Virus record (IMG/VR): IMGVR_UViG_3300021431_000016
Location: 1,906 to 65,905 of that record
DNA: 64,000 bases
Reading direction: 5' to 3' (one strand)
Source of the DNA: a virus
Taxonomy: Duplodnaviria > Caudoviricetes
Numbering within the stretch: the stretch's first letter is position 1; each line of letters starts with the position of its first letter. A program made the translations under genes and the position numbers. The notes beneath the pieces were generated by a model, which saw only the letters and a program-made list of their open reading frames with translations, did no database searches and was not told where the DNA came from. This document shows positions 55,853 to 64,000 of this stretch, piece after piece.

Positions 55853-56212
55853 TTAGTCCTCGTCTTGCTCTAACTCGTCTAACACTTGAGCTAAGCATTG
55901 ACCCAACAGGTAACAACGTATTGTTACATCACAGGCCTCTGCGCCAATCTTAAGCACGTCTATTTCCCCGCCAAACTCATCGCTTGCCTCTGCAAGTAAA
56001 TCTAAATTGTGGCAAAGATTCTCTTCTGCTTGGTAGGCGCTAAACGTGTAGCTACCACTCGCGTTTCCTGTAACTGAATCACTAACAAACAGGTCGTCAT
56101 AAAGTTCTTGGCATAAGTCCTCTTTGTTGTCGCTTGTAACTTTGATGTCGTTCTCGTTAATGTAGTCGCGAATGTCATTACTAACGGCTTTGTAATAATT
56201 ATATTTACTCAT
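55853..56212 (-). CDS. Highly acidic protein, possible Ocr-like DNA mimic
   Basis: 119 aa with 27 D/E against 7 K/R by hand count; first gene after the early promoter. Confidence 0.55.
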   Translation of the reverse strand: MSKYNYYKAVSNDIRDYINENDIKVTSDNKEDLCQELYDDLFVSDSVTGNASGSYTFSAYQAEENLCHNLDLLAEASDEFGGEIDVLKIGAEACDVTIRCYLLGQCLAQVLDELEQDED

Positions 56213-56270
56213 AATAATTGTGCTGAATTTTAAGTGTTGCCACCACTTTTAAAGTGAATAAAAAAGTAGT

Positions 56271-56317
56271 GGGTGTTGCGGTCTCGCTCCGCTCGTCTGC
56301 CGTTAGCAGATACACCC
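56271..56317 (-). ncRNA. tRNA-like half element E4
   Basis: GGGTGT/ACACCC stem, TCTGC/GCAGA arm, GCGG-AGCGAGA-CCGC arm. Confidence 0.55.
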
Positions 56318-56465
56318 AAAATAATTTGGTTGTCGGTCGGTTGCTTAACAAGCTATGTCCGTTGCCCGCTTAACGACTTATCGGCTGCTCGTGAGCCGTG
56401 CGCTCGAAGCGAAAATCGCCCCCTCATGCTATGTCCAAAAGGCGCATTGCTAAACGATTTCGCTG

Positions 56466-56496
56466 CAAAGTTAGTGGTATTTTCGGTAATACCAAA
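56466..56496 (-). promoter_or_regulatory. Early leftward promoter with an operator-like palindrome in its spacer
   Basis: Minus strand TTTG-19 nt-TAACTTTG; TGGTATT-N6-AATACCA at 56475-56494. Confidence 0.75.
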
Positions 56497-57739
56497 ACTT
56501 TTTGCCAAAAAAATGCACTTTTTTTGAAAAAAATTTTCGCCACCTTATTATAAAAGAAAATGAAAATGACCGAAATGACCAGAATCTAAATGCCAATGCG
56601 CTGTAAACCACCGATTTAATTAAGGAAATTTTTCCGTAATTAGAAAAAATGTTGAAGTGGAAGAAAAATGTGGGGGTGACAACATGGCCAAAACCTTTCT
56701 AGCGGGGTGGGTGTGCAACAAAATTGCCCACGTTTTGTTTGGAATCGTTCCAAATAAGGGGTGTGCCGTACGTTTGACAAATGACCGATTCACAGGTATT
56801 TAAGCACCAAGGAATAATATTTTATGCGCCAAATAGAATAAATTAAGCGCCAAGATAATTAATCACGCGTATAGATCTAGAGATTTAAACGCATAGAAGT
56901 ACAATTATACGCGTATAGATTAATATATATAAGCGCAAATATATTATCATTTAGCGCCGTTCTCGGTGGCAATGCTACCCATTTGCTACCGACCTATCGA
57001 CAGGCGAGGCACAACCGACTAAAGAACAGGTGGTTAAGTGCCGTTATTGCAAATAGTGACCCTATTAACAACCCCATGCGAGGTAATTATTTTGTCGCCG
57101 TCGGCCCTGTGATTTTTTTTGTGGTGCTATCCCCCATCCGCCACCGCCACCGCCACGGCGTGCCGTGATTCCCTGTGGCGCACCGACCCACCGCCAGCCG
57201 TGGCGAGCCGACCCCCGACCACGCACCCACCCCGAGGGCGAGGGCAAGGCGCCGAAAGGAACTCCATATCCTCCGCGCGCGAGGACCCGGCTTTGGCCTC
57301 TTTTGCACTCCCTTACCATTTTTTTGTTCATTGCTTTCAGGGTCGGTCATGGTTACCTATACTTTTTGGGACTCCTGGCATCTCTTGGATTTCCGTGGCG
57401 CATATAAATTTTTGATTAGCGCCGTGCATTTGAGGTAGATTAGGGTACCCATAGATAGTACCCTTTTTACGCGCGTCAGACGAAATTCAGTTTACTGCCG
57501 TTGTGTTCATGTGCGTAGAACGCTCGATTTGCCGTCTCTCGTTCGTTCTGCGGGCATTTCTCCCCTCCGCTGATAACTTCTTCATCTTTGTTCCAAAACT
57601 CGCTTATATCGCCTTATTTGAAGTTTGTTGGATTCAGGTACTTTTTAGGAGTCCCAGAGTCATGGATTATTTCATTGGCGCAAAAAAATAAAAAATCTTC
57701 CTTTCTTTCTTTGGAGTATAGATATATATAAGATTATTT

Positions 57740-57775
57740 GAGTATACTGAGTATACGTAGTATACGAAGTATACG
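57740..57775 (+). repeat. Four tandem AGTATAC units (9-bp period) in an AT-rich tract
   Basis: gAGTATACtgAGTATACgtAGTATACgaAGTATACg. Confidence 0.7.
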
Positions 57776-57887
57776 AGAATAAGATTATATATAGATATAC
57801 TCTTTCTTATATGGTATCTCTAATGAAGTGAGTAATGTATAACCTTTAGGTTATATATTACGAACGTAATGGGTGTGTCATTTTAGT

Positions 57888-57986
57888 GACATACCCTATG
57901 TAACTCCAGTGACATACCTATGCTATTTTGCTTACATACCTATGTCGTTTTATTGACATACCTATGTAAGTGGAGTGACATACCCC
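57888..57986 (+). repeat. Five iteron-like direct repeats at 22-23 bp period
   Basis: (G/T)ACATACC at 57888, 57911, 57933, 57955 and 57977, mostly followed by TATG. Confidence 0.8.
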
Positions 57987-58042
57987 ATTTAGGTAGTATA
58001 GTGGTGTTCCGTTTTTCTTTACGGCGTTATAGTCTTTGAAAG

Positions 58043-58086
58043 TTCGTTGGTTGCAGAAGGTGTGCGGATTATAAATATTACCTTTG
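58043..58086 (+). promoter_or_regulatory. Late promoter, copy 4 (ejection-protein operon)
   Basis: TTCGTTGGTTGCA at 58043-58055, N23, TACCTTTG at 58079-58086. Confidence 0.8.
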
Positions 58087-58115
58087 GCGAGATATTAACT
58101 TGAATAGAAACAGAT

Positions 58116-58634
58116 ATGGGATTATTTTCAGATATAGCTGGTGTCGCTACTGCGGGCATAGGTGCTGGTCTTTCTGCATTAGGCGGTGCTCGTGCTGCTC
58201 GTCAGAAGCGTCGTGAGTTGGCGAAGCGAGAGGCGGACAACAATGCGTGGTATGACCAGAGGTATAACGAGTTGGGCACGGAGCGTGCCGATGCGCAGGC
58301 GGCGTTGAGTGCCATGCGTGCGGCGCAGGCACAGAGGATGAGTTCGGCGCGTGGTGCTTCGGCTGTTATGGGTGCGAGTGCGGGTTCTGTCGTCGCTGAG
58401 AAGAACGCCGCCAACCAGGCGATGGGTCAGACCATCGGGCAGATAAACGCCAACAACGAGAATAACAAGATGGCGATAGAGAACACCTACCTTCAGAAGA
58501 AGGACGACATATCGAACCAGCGTTTGAACATGTACGAGCAGCAGGCGCAGAACCTTGCGCAGGCTGGTTCACAGTTAAGTTCATTGGGCGCAGGCATGAT
58601 GGGCAAGGTCCTGTCTGGCAAAAAAAGCACTTAA
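58116..58634 (+). CDS. Putative DNA pilot / ejection protein
   Basis: MGLFSDIAGVATAGIGAGLSALGG Gly/Ala hydrophobic N-terminus and Gln/Ala coiled coil, typical of podovirus ejection proteins. Confidence 0.65.
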   Translation: MGLFSDIAGVATAGIGAGLSALGGARAARQKRRELAKREADNNAWYDQRYNELGTERADAQAALSAMRAAQAQRMSSARGASAVMGASAGSVVAEKNAANQAMGQTIGQINANNENNKMAIENTYLQKKDDISNQRLNMYEQQAQNLAQAGSQLSSLGAGMMGKVLSGKKST

Positions 58635-58640
58635 TTGATT

Positions 58641-61085
58641 ATGTCACTTGAGCAGAAGAGGAGATACCGTGCTGACGGCACGTTGATAGACGAGAAGGGC
58701 GACCGTTCTGTGGTGGATGACGTCGCCGTCGAGGAGCAGGGCGGGTTATCCGTTCCGAAGAAGAGCATACCTCCCACACGAGAGCAGCAGGCTCGTCCTG
58801 TTGTTCAGCCGCAGGTAGTGCAGGCACCTTCCGTAGATAACACGGCGGTACAGCCCACGCAGGTTGTCGCTCAGCCCCAGCCTGTGAACGTGGCGCCTGT
58901 AGAGACCGCACCGCAGAATGTTGGGGGCGCAACTTTGCCACAGCCACCAGCGCAGGCGAGCGTTCCAGCGGCGTCCGTTGATGGTGGCAGTACCGGGAGC
59001 GCCACACAGGGTGGTGTTGTCCAGGGCGCTGCACCAGAGGTGGCAAGTGATGCCAATGCGTCATCGGTCCCCACACCACAGGCGCAGAACGTAGAGCAGC
59101 AGACGGCCACAACGGAAGAGACACCAAAGGCGCCTCTATTCAAGAGCGACCCTGCGTTGCAGAAGCAGTACGAGACCGAGGTCAACAGCTGGGGGCTCAA
59201 CGGCAACGTCGACATGTACAACCGCCCCATGGTCAGCGGCAGGGATATGCGCAAGATGGGGTGGCGTGACTTTGGCAGTCCAGAGGCACAGGCAAGCACA
59301 GCGACCATCTACACAAGCAGATGGTCGTACAAAGGTGGCGGTAGGAACCATGATTTGGTCGTGACCCCCATTGCTGCTAACGGCAGGGTGCTCAGCCCCG
59401 AGAAACTTGAGGAGTACGTGGACTACCTTATAGCCAACGGCAAGACCCCTGAGGGCATCATAGCTCTCGACAAGAGGAAAGGGAATCTTCTTGTGGGCGT
59501 AGACCTTCCCGAAGACATCGAAGGAAAGATACATCAGGCGCACGAGAAGTACTACCTTGGCGGTGGCCAGCCTGAGAATGGTAAAAATACCACAAGCGCA
59601 GGCGCAACCCAGCCACATGAATACAGTGGGGTAAAGAGTGCTAACGACCTCAACAACCTCAGCGACGAGGCGCTGCAGAAGCTGTACACCGTCAACTCCG
59701 GCAAGGAAGGCTCCAATGCCAGGCTCGTGGCCGACAAGACCGCCGAGATATTGGGTCAGCGTGGGAAGGCTCCACAGGGTGATGTGAGGTTGCAGAGCCC
59801 ATTCGACAACAAGACCTCGATAAACAAGTTGGCGTTAGACCCCAACGCAGGCACAGCGCCAAAACAGACATTACCAGAACAGGAGGAAGAGAAAGAAGAA
59901 GCGACCTCCACCCCATCGGCAGAAGACGTACAGCGTAACATCGACATCCTTGAGCAGCTCATCAACGACAAAGATTCCACAGAGACCGCGAAAAAGGAAG
60001 CGGAGCAGCGTCTTGCCGAGTGGAAGAAGGTTGCTGAGAGTATGCCCCAAAAGACGGCATCGCGGAGCGGGCTGAAGGATGACGACAAGCTCCATGACGG
60101 CATCACTGTGAAGGACTACAAGGAGATGCACAAGGGCTCGTCGAAGGAGACAATCAAGATGATCCTCGACGCGACGAGGGGGCTTGACGGTTACGAAAAC
60201 GACATAAAGGTGCTTGAGGACCTTTACCGGGAGAAAGGCGGTGTCCTTGAGCCACCGAAGAAAGCCGAGGCCCCGGAGGCGAAACTCGAGGACATGCCCA
60301 ACTACAAAGACGCGATAGCCGACAGGGACAAGAAGCAGGCAGAGCTTAATGCCGTCCTCAACAACAAAGGGTCGTACAGGGCTCTAGCTATTGAAGAGCG
60401 TGACAAGTGGAGAAAAGAAGAAGGCCTGACCGAAGAAGACGAGAAGCGCATCGAGAAGCGTCATAGGACCCAGCGCATCATCGCCAACATCGGCGACATC
60501 CTCCAGGGTTTCGCCAATCTCGCAGGCACATGGTATGGCGCAAACAGCTCAAAGCTAACATCCTTGAGTGGTGCAGTGGGCGAGGCGCAGAAAGAGGAGC
60601 GGACAGCACGCGAGAAGCGCAGGGAGAAATTAGAGAAGAACTACCAAGACCTTTTGGCGCAGCTCAAGAAAGACGGTGACACCGACATCGCCCAGCGCGT
60701 CGCCGCGTTGAAGGCCGCCAACGACCGTCTCAACAAGATTTCCGACAACTTCTACACAGAGCAGAACAAGTCGAGAAACAGAAAGAAAGAGCAAGAGCAT
60801 GCCACCGAAGAATACGGAAAGCGACAGACCAAGCTTACTGAAGAGAGCGGCAAGCGCGCCGAGAAGACGACCCAGGAGAGGATAAAGCAGCAGAACAATC
60901 AGGGCAAGATCAAGCAGGCAGAGGTTGCCGCGAGAGGTGCAAACGCTGTCCATTTGGCCAAGGTCAGAGGTGAAGAGCAGAGAAAGACCGCCTCTTACAG
61001 AAAAGCCCTTGGCGGCACAGGTAAAGGCTCAAAGAAAGGCAAGAGTGGCGGCAAGCGCAAGAGCAAAGGCACAGTTCACGGATAA
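58641..61085 (+). CDS. Putative ejection protein 2
   Basis: Pro/Gln/Ala low-complexity N-terminus, small globular insert, IIANIGDILQGFANLAG amphipathic segment, Lys-rich tail. Confidence 0.65.
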   Translation: MSLEQKRRYRADGTLIDEKGDRSVVDDVAVEEQGGLSVPKKSIPPTREQQARPVVQPQVVQAPSVDNTAVQPTQVVAQPQPVNVAPVETAPQNVGGATLPQPPAQASVPAASVDGGSTGSATQGGVVQGAAPEVASDANASSVPTPQAQNVEQQTATTEETPKAPLFKSDPALQKQYETEVNSWGLNGNVDMYNRPMVSGRDMRKMGWRDFGSPEAQASTATIYTSRWSYKGGGRNHDLVVTPIAANGRVLSPEKLEEYVDYLIANGKTPEGIIALDKRKGNLLVGVDLPEDIEGKIHQAHEKYYLGGGQPENGKNTTSAGATQPHEYSGVKSANDLNNLSDEALQKLYTVNSGKEGSNARLVADKTAEILGQRGKAPQGDVRLQSPFDNKTSINKLALDPNAGTAPKQTLPEQEEEKEEATSTPSAEDVQRNIDILEQLINDKDSTETAKKEAEQRLAEWKKVAESMPQKTASRSGLKDDDKLHDGITVKDYKEMHKGSSKETIKMILDATRGLDGYENDIKVLEDLYREKGGVLEPPKKAEAPEAKLEDMPNYKDAIADRDKKQAELNAVLNNKGSYRALAIEERDKWRKEEGLTEEDEKRIEKRHRTQRIIANIGDILQGFANLAGTWYGANSSKLTSLSGAVGEAQKEERTAREKRREKLEKNYQDLLAQLKKDGDTDIAQRVAALKAANDRLNKISDNFYTEQNKSRNRKKEQEHATEEYGKRQTKLTEESGKRAEKTTQERIKQQNNQGKIKQAEVAARGANAVHLAKVRGEEQRKTASYRKALGGTGKGSKKGKSGGKRKSKGTVHG

Positions 61086-61111
61086 GACAACAGCAAAAGA
61101 ATAGAATCAAT

Positions 61112-64000
61112 ATGGCAGACATAGAAAAAATCCAGCAGACAGAGGATTTAGTAGACAAGAAGAAGGCAGATGCCGAGCAGGTGTATAACCAGGCGAATGA
61201 CGTCAGCGGAGACTCATGGGCCGACGAGCTCATGAGTGATGATGTCCGTAAGCAACCCAAGGCACCAAAGAAGGTGCAGTCTGCGCCGAAGGGTACAGGC
61301 GACACATGGGCCGATGCTATGATGTCGGACGACGTGCGTAACGTCAAGCAACCTGTAAATGTGGAGCAGCCTGTTGAGCAGAACACCCCACCTGCCCCTG
61401 TGCAGCAGGTGGAGAATGTCGACAATAACCTGTACAAAGGAGAAGACCTTGGACAGATAACTGTCACTTACGACAAGAGCACCAACAAGCAGAGCACGTC
61501 TGTTGAGCGACCCGCAGCACAGCCGCAGAGCCTCGTCGACTACACCAAAGCTCCAGAGTGGAGAGGCGAGCCAGACTCATGGAGGTACACCAGGACCATC
61601 AAGACCTACGACGAGGGTCACCCCCTCGCCCAGGCGGCACGTCATGCGAAGCAGTATGGCTCCCTCTTGAGTGCGGATGAGTTGTCTGCCGTATATGCAA
61701 ACAAGGATTGGGATGACCTCAACCGTCAGTCACAGGAGCTGATGAGGGACAATCCTTCAAAGCAGAACACCCCGCAGTTCGAGCATGACGCACAACTTCT
61801 CTCGGCAATCCACAATCAGATGGTTGCGCTGGAGTACAACTTCGCCGACAGAAACGACATGTACCGCAACATCGGGCAGAAGAACTACCGGATGTTCCTT
61901 GAGCCGATGCGCAAGGGAAACAAATACACGGAGTTCTATGAGAACCTGTACAACAGCGGCGCGAACCTCAGAAACTCCAATCCCCTGCTCCTGGATCTCC
62001 CCGACAAGGTAGAGGCACAAAAGGCAGCAGACGAGAAGGCTGGCAAGAAAAAGCCCGACAACTACTACTTCAACATGGCGCTCAAGGACAAGGACTTCAA
62101 GGAGCGTTACCATGCGTGGTCGTTCTTCGGTTCCATACAGGACAACATGGGCTGGAACGAGTACAAGAACCTCGGTGCCAAGGTCAGCGACCTGCGTAAA
62201 GAACGCTACAAGGAAGAGTCAGCGAAGCGATTCGCCGAAAGTTCACTGTATGCCCCTGTATCTGCCCTGCTCGACAACAGCGTTGCTCAAGCCGTAATGG
62301 CGGTAGGTAATGCATATGACGTCATTAAAGGTCAGCCGTTGAGAAGTGAATCCGTAAACGATTTGCTTCAGCGCTCCATGAAGTATGCAGGCGAAGGCAA
62401 TAACGTCACCCGTGGCGTGTTGTCCTTCATCCCAGAGGCTGTGTCAATAATGCCTGTGACGGGAGTAGCCGCGACGAAGACCGTCGGCGCATTGTCTAAA
62501 GTCTTCACATTCACACCCCGAGCCATGAAGATAACCACAGGCGGTTTGTCGTTCATGGGCTTTGAGATGGCGAAGTCTGCCCTCGGTTCATGGTCGCAGG
62601 GTAGAGAGATTGACTGGGCAGAGATGGCAGGCAATAGTGCGAAGGGTTTCCTTTTAGGTGCAGGTGGCTCGCTCATCAGCGAAGGTGTTGCAGGCGTCAA
62701 GCCAAACATAAACAGCACAGTTGCCAACTACGCCATACAGGGCGCAGGCAAGGTTGCTGAGACAGGGCTGTTCGCAAGCACCGAGATGGCGATGGCGTAC
62801 CTCGGCAACGATAAGGAAGCCACTTGGACTTCAAGTCTGCTCAACAACGGCGCCCTTATCATAAGCATGGCAATCGGTCATGGCATCGGGAACGGATTTG
62901 GGTTCAAGAGCCGCATCGGCAACGCTACGATAGAGAAAGTCCGCAAGGCGGGGTACAACACCCTTGCCAACGAGATGGCGAAACACACACAGGCTGTGGA
63001 GCGCGGGGCTATGCCCAAGGGATATTCCCAAGCCGCTATAGAGGAGATGCAGTCCATGCAGCAGAACATGGGCAGCAACGGTCTCTCTTGGAGTGACTAT
63101 GCAGAGGTGCTGAAGCCCACTAACTCCAAAATGACCAAGCCTGGCACCAACTCGATAGAGAAAGTTGAAGATGGCAAAGGTTACCGAATCGTCAGTTACG
63201 ACGTGAACGGCGTGGAGATAGAGCGCAGCAAGGTCTATGACGAGTGGGATGTCGACAAAGAGCTCGCCAAGCGTCAGCGTGCGGTTGAGAAGAAGCGCGA
63301 GGAAGCCAACGTCAAGTCCTTCGACCTCATGCGTGACAGCACCATCAAGGCAAAGGCGGCACGTTCCGTAGCAGACAGGATTAACTTTGACGATGGAAAG
63401 TCGGTATACAACGGCGACGGTACCGTGAATGAGGCCTTTGACGGCATTACTGCTGACGATGTTCTCTATGCCTACGAGGTGCTGAGTGAAAAGCCAGCGG
63501 AGCAGCGTAGCAGTGATGAGGCGAGAGTCGTGGCGCTTTTCGACGAAGCCGTAAGAGACTACGGAGCAGAGATGCCCGACAGCAACGCCGTCAAGAAGAC
63601 ACTCTGTGAGCGTTACGGAATTGAAGAGAGTGCCTTTGACGCAGCGTGGAAGGCAGACGCCAAAGACCGAAAGGGTAGAGAGGCAGAAATCTGCGCCACA
63701 TATAACTCTATCATGTCGCGCCCATACGAAGTGGCGTTAAATGGTGGAGAGGCAGGCACGGTCGACGGCCGTCAGGTGTCGATAAAGAGCGCCGTAAAGA
63801 CAGATGCAGAAGGGATGCCGCTTAATCCGAACCAGAGAGTCTACTACGACGACGGCACAGGAGTCAAGGTAACAACGGCCGAGCATGTACTGATGGAGCC
63901 TACAGTGGAAGACCCAGGCACCCTTGGTGACAGGATTGCCAATGAGAATTTGAGAAAGGCGCTTGAGGCGAAGAAAGAGGCGTTGAAGTCTATGTTTGCC
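61112..64000 (+). CDS. Large putative ejection/polyvalent protein, 3'-truncated (absent from the ORF track because no stop falls in the window)
   Basis: ATG at 61112 (MADIEKIQQ), 963 codons to the window end with no stop noticed; Gly/Ala-rich amphipathic region at about 62280-62900. Confidence 0.75.
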   Translation, partial: MADIEKIQQTEDLVDKKKADAEQVYNQANDVSGDSWADELMSDDVRKQPKAPKKVQSAPKGTGDTWADAMMSDDVRNVKQPVNVEQPVEQNTPPAPVQQVENVDNNLYKGEDLGQITVTYDKSTNKQSTSVERPAAQPQSLVDYTKAPEWRGEPDSWRYTRTIKTYDEGHPLAQAARHAKQYGSLLSADELSAVYANKDWDDLNRQSQELMRDNPSKQNTPQFEHDAQLLSAIHNQMVALEYNFADRNDMYRNIGQKNYRMFLEPMRKGNKYTEFYENLYNSGANLRNSNPLLLDLPDKVEAQKAADEKAGKKKPDNYYFNMALKDKDFKERYHAWSFFGSIQDNMGWNEYKNLGAKVSDLRKERYKEESAKRFAESSLYAPVSALLDNSVAQAVMAVGNAYDVIKGQPLRSESVNDLLQRSMKYAGEGNNVTRGVLSFIPEAVSIMPVTGVAATKTVGALSKVFTFTPRAMKITTGGLSFMGFEMAKSALGSWSQGREIDWAEMAGNSAKGFLLGAGGSLISEGVAGVKPNINSTVANYAIQGAGKVAETGLFASTEMAMAYLGNDKEATWTSSLLNNGALIISMAIGHGIGNGFGFKSRIGNATIEKVRKAGYNTLANEMAKHTQAVERGAMPKGYSQAAIEEMQSMQQNMGSNGLSWSDYAEVLKPTNSKMTKPGTNSIEKVEDGKGYRIVSYDVNGVEIERSKVYDEWDVDKELAKRQRAVEKKREEANVKSFDLMRDSTIKAKAARSVADRINFDDGKSVYNGDGTVNEAFDGITADDVLYAYEVLSEKPAEQRSSDEARVVALFDEAVRDYGAEMPDSNAVKKTLCERYGIEESAFDAAWKADAKDRKGREAEICATYNSIMSRPYEVALNGGEAGTVDGRQVSIKSAVKTDAEGMPLNPNQRVYYDDGTGVKVTTAEHVLMEPTVEDPGTLGDRIANENLRKALEAKKEALKSMFA

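Noticed and set aside
57888-57986. Possible CRISPR mini-array
   Set aside because: Repeat core is only 8-13 bp and the period 22-23 bp, too short for repeat-spacer units; no cas genes
1-64000. Stop-codon reassignment (alternative genetic code)
   Set aside because: Genes are full length and tightly packed under the standard code, and TAA, TGA and TAG all end credible genes

Overview
The whole window is a temperate dsDNA phage, with no host chromosomal genes. Bacteroidetes-type TAnnTTTG promoters, A-rich leaders without Shine-Dalgarno sequences and a Bacteroidales-type tyrosine integrase point to a Bacteroidales host (inference). It appears to be the non-integrated form, because an intact attP-like site sits next to the integrase with phage genes on both sides. 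Order: C-terminal part of a giant polyvalent virion protein (2-7300); large terminase on the minus strand; scaffold, major capsid, adaptors, collagen/LamG fibre and a circularly permuted DD-peptidase; an unexplained six-gene cassette; holin, amidase and u-spanin; integrase, attP and CI-like repressor; recombination and replication genes (ERF, exonuclease, SSB, initiator, intein-containing primase-helicase); accessory genes including two radical SAM enzymes; portal, adaptor and nozzle-like genes (podovirus-like, no tape measure or sheath seen); a leftward early anti-defence-like operon; a 1.9 kb non-coding region with iteron-like repeats; ejection-type proteins running off the 3' end. The most unusual signals are (1) an RNA layer around the early operon: five tRNA-half (acceptor plus T-arm) mimics, four covarying GGGGCAA hairpins before start codons, and a promoter/terminator-bounded sRNA complementary to several leaders including the integrase; (2) the permuted penicillin-binding-protein fold in the tail module; (3) two more structured ncRNA candidates; (4) a 13-bp late-promoter motif at four loci with identical spacing; (5) an RlmN-like enzyme lacking the resolving cysteine. 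All family assignments are by eye from motifs; no database search or folding program was run.
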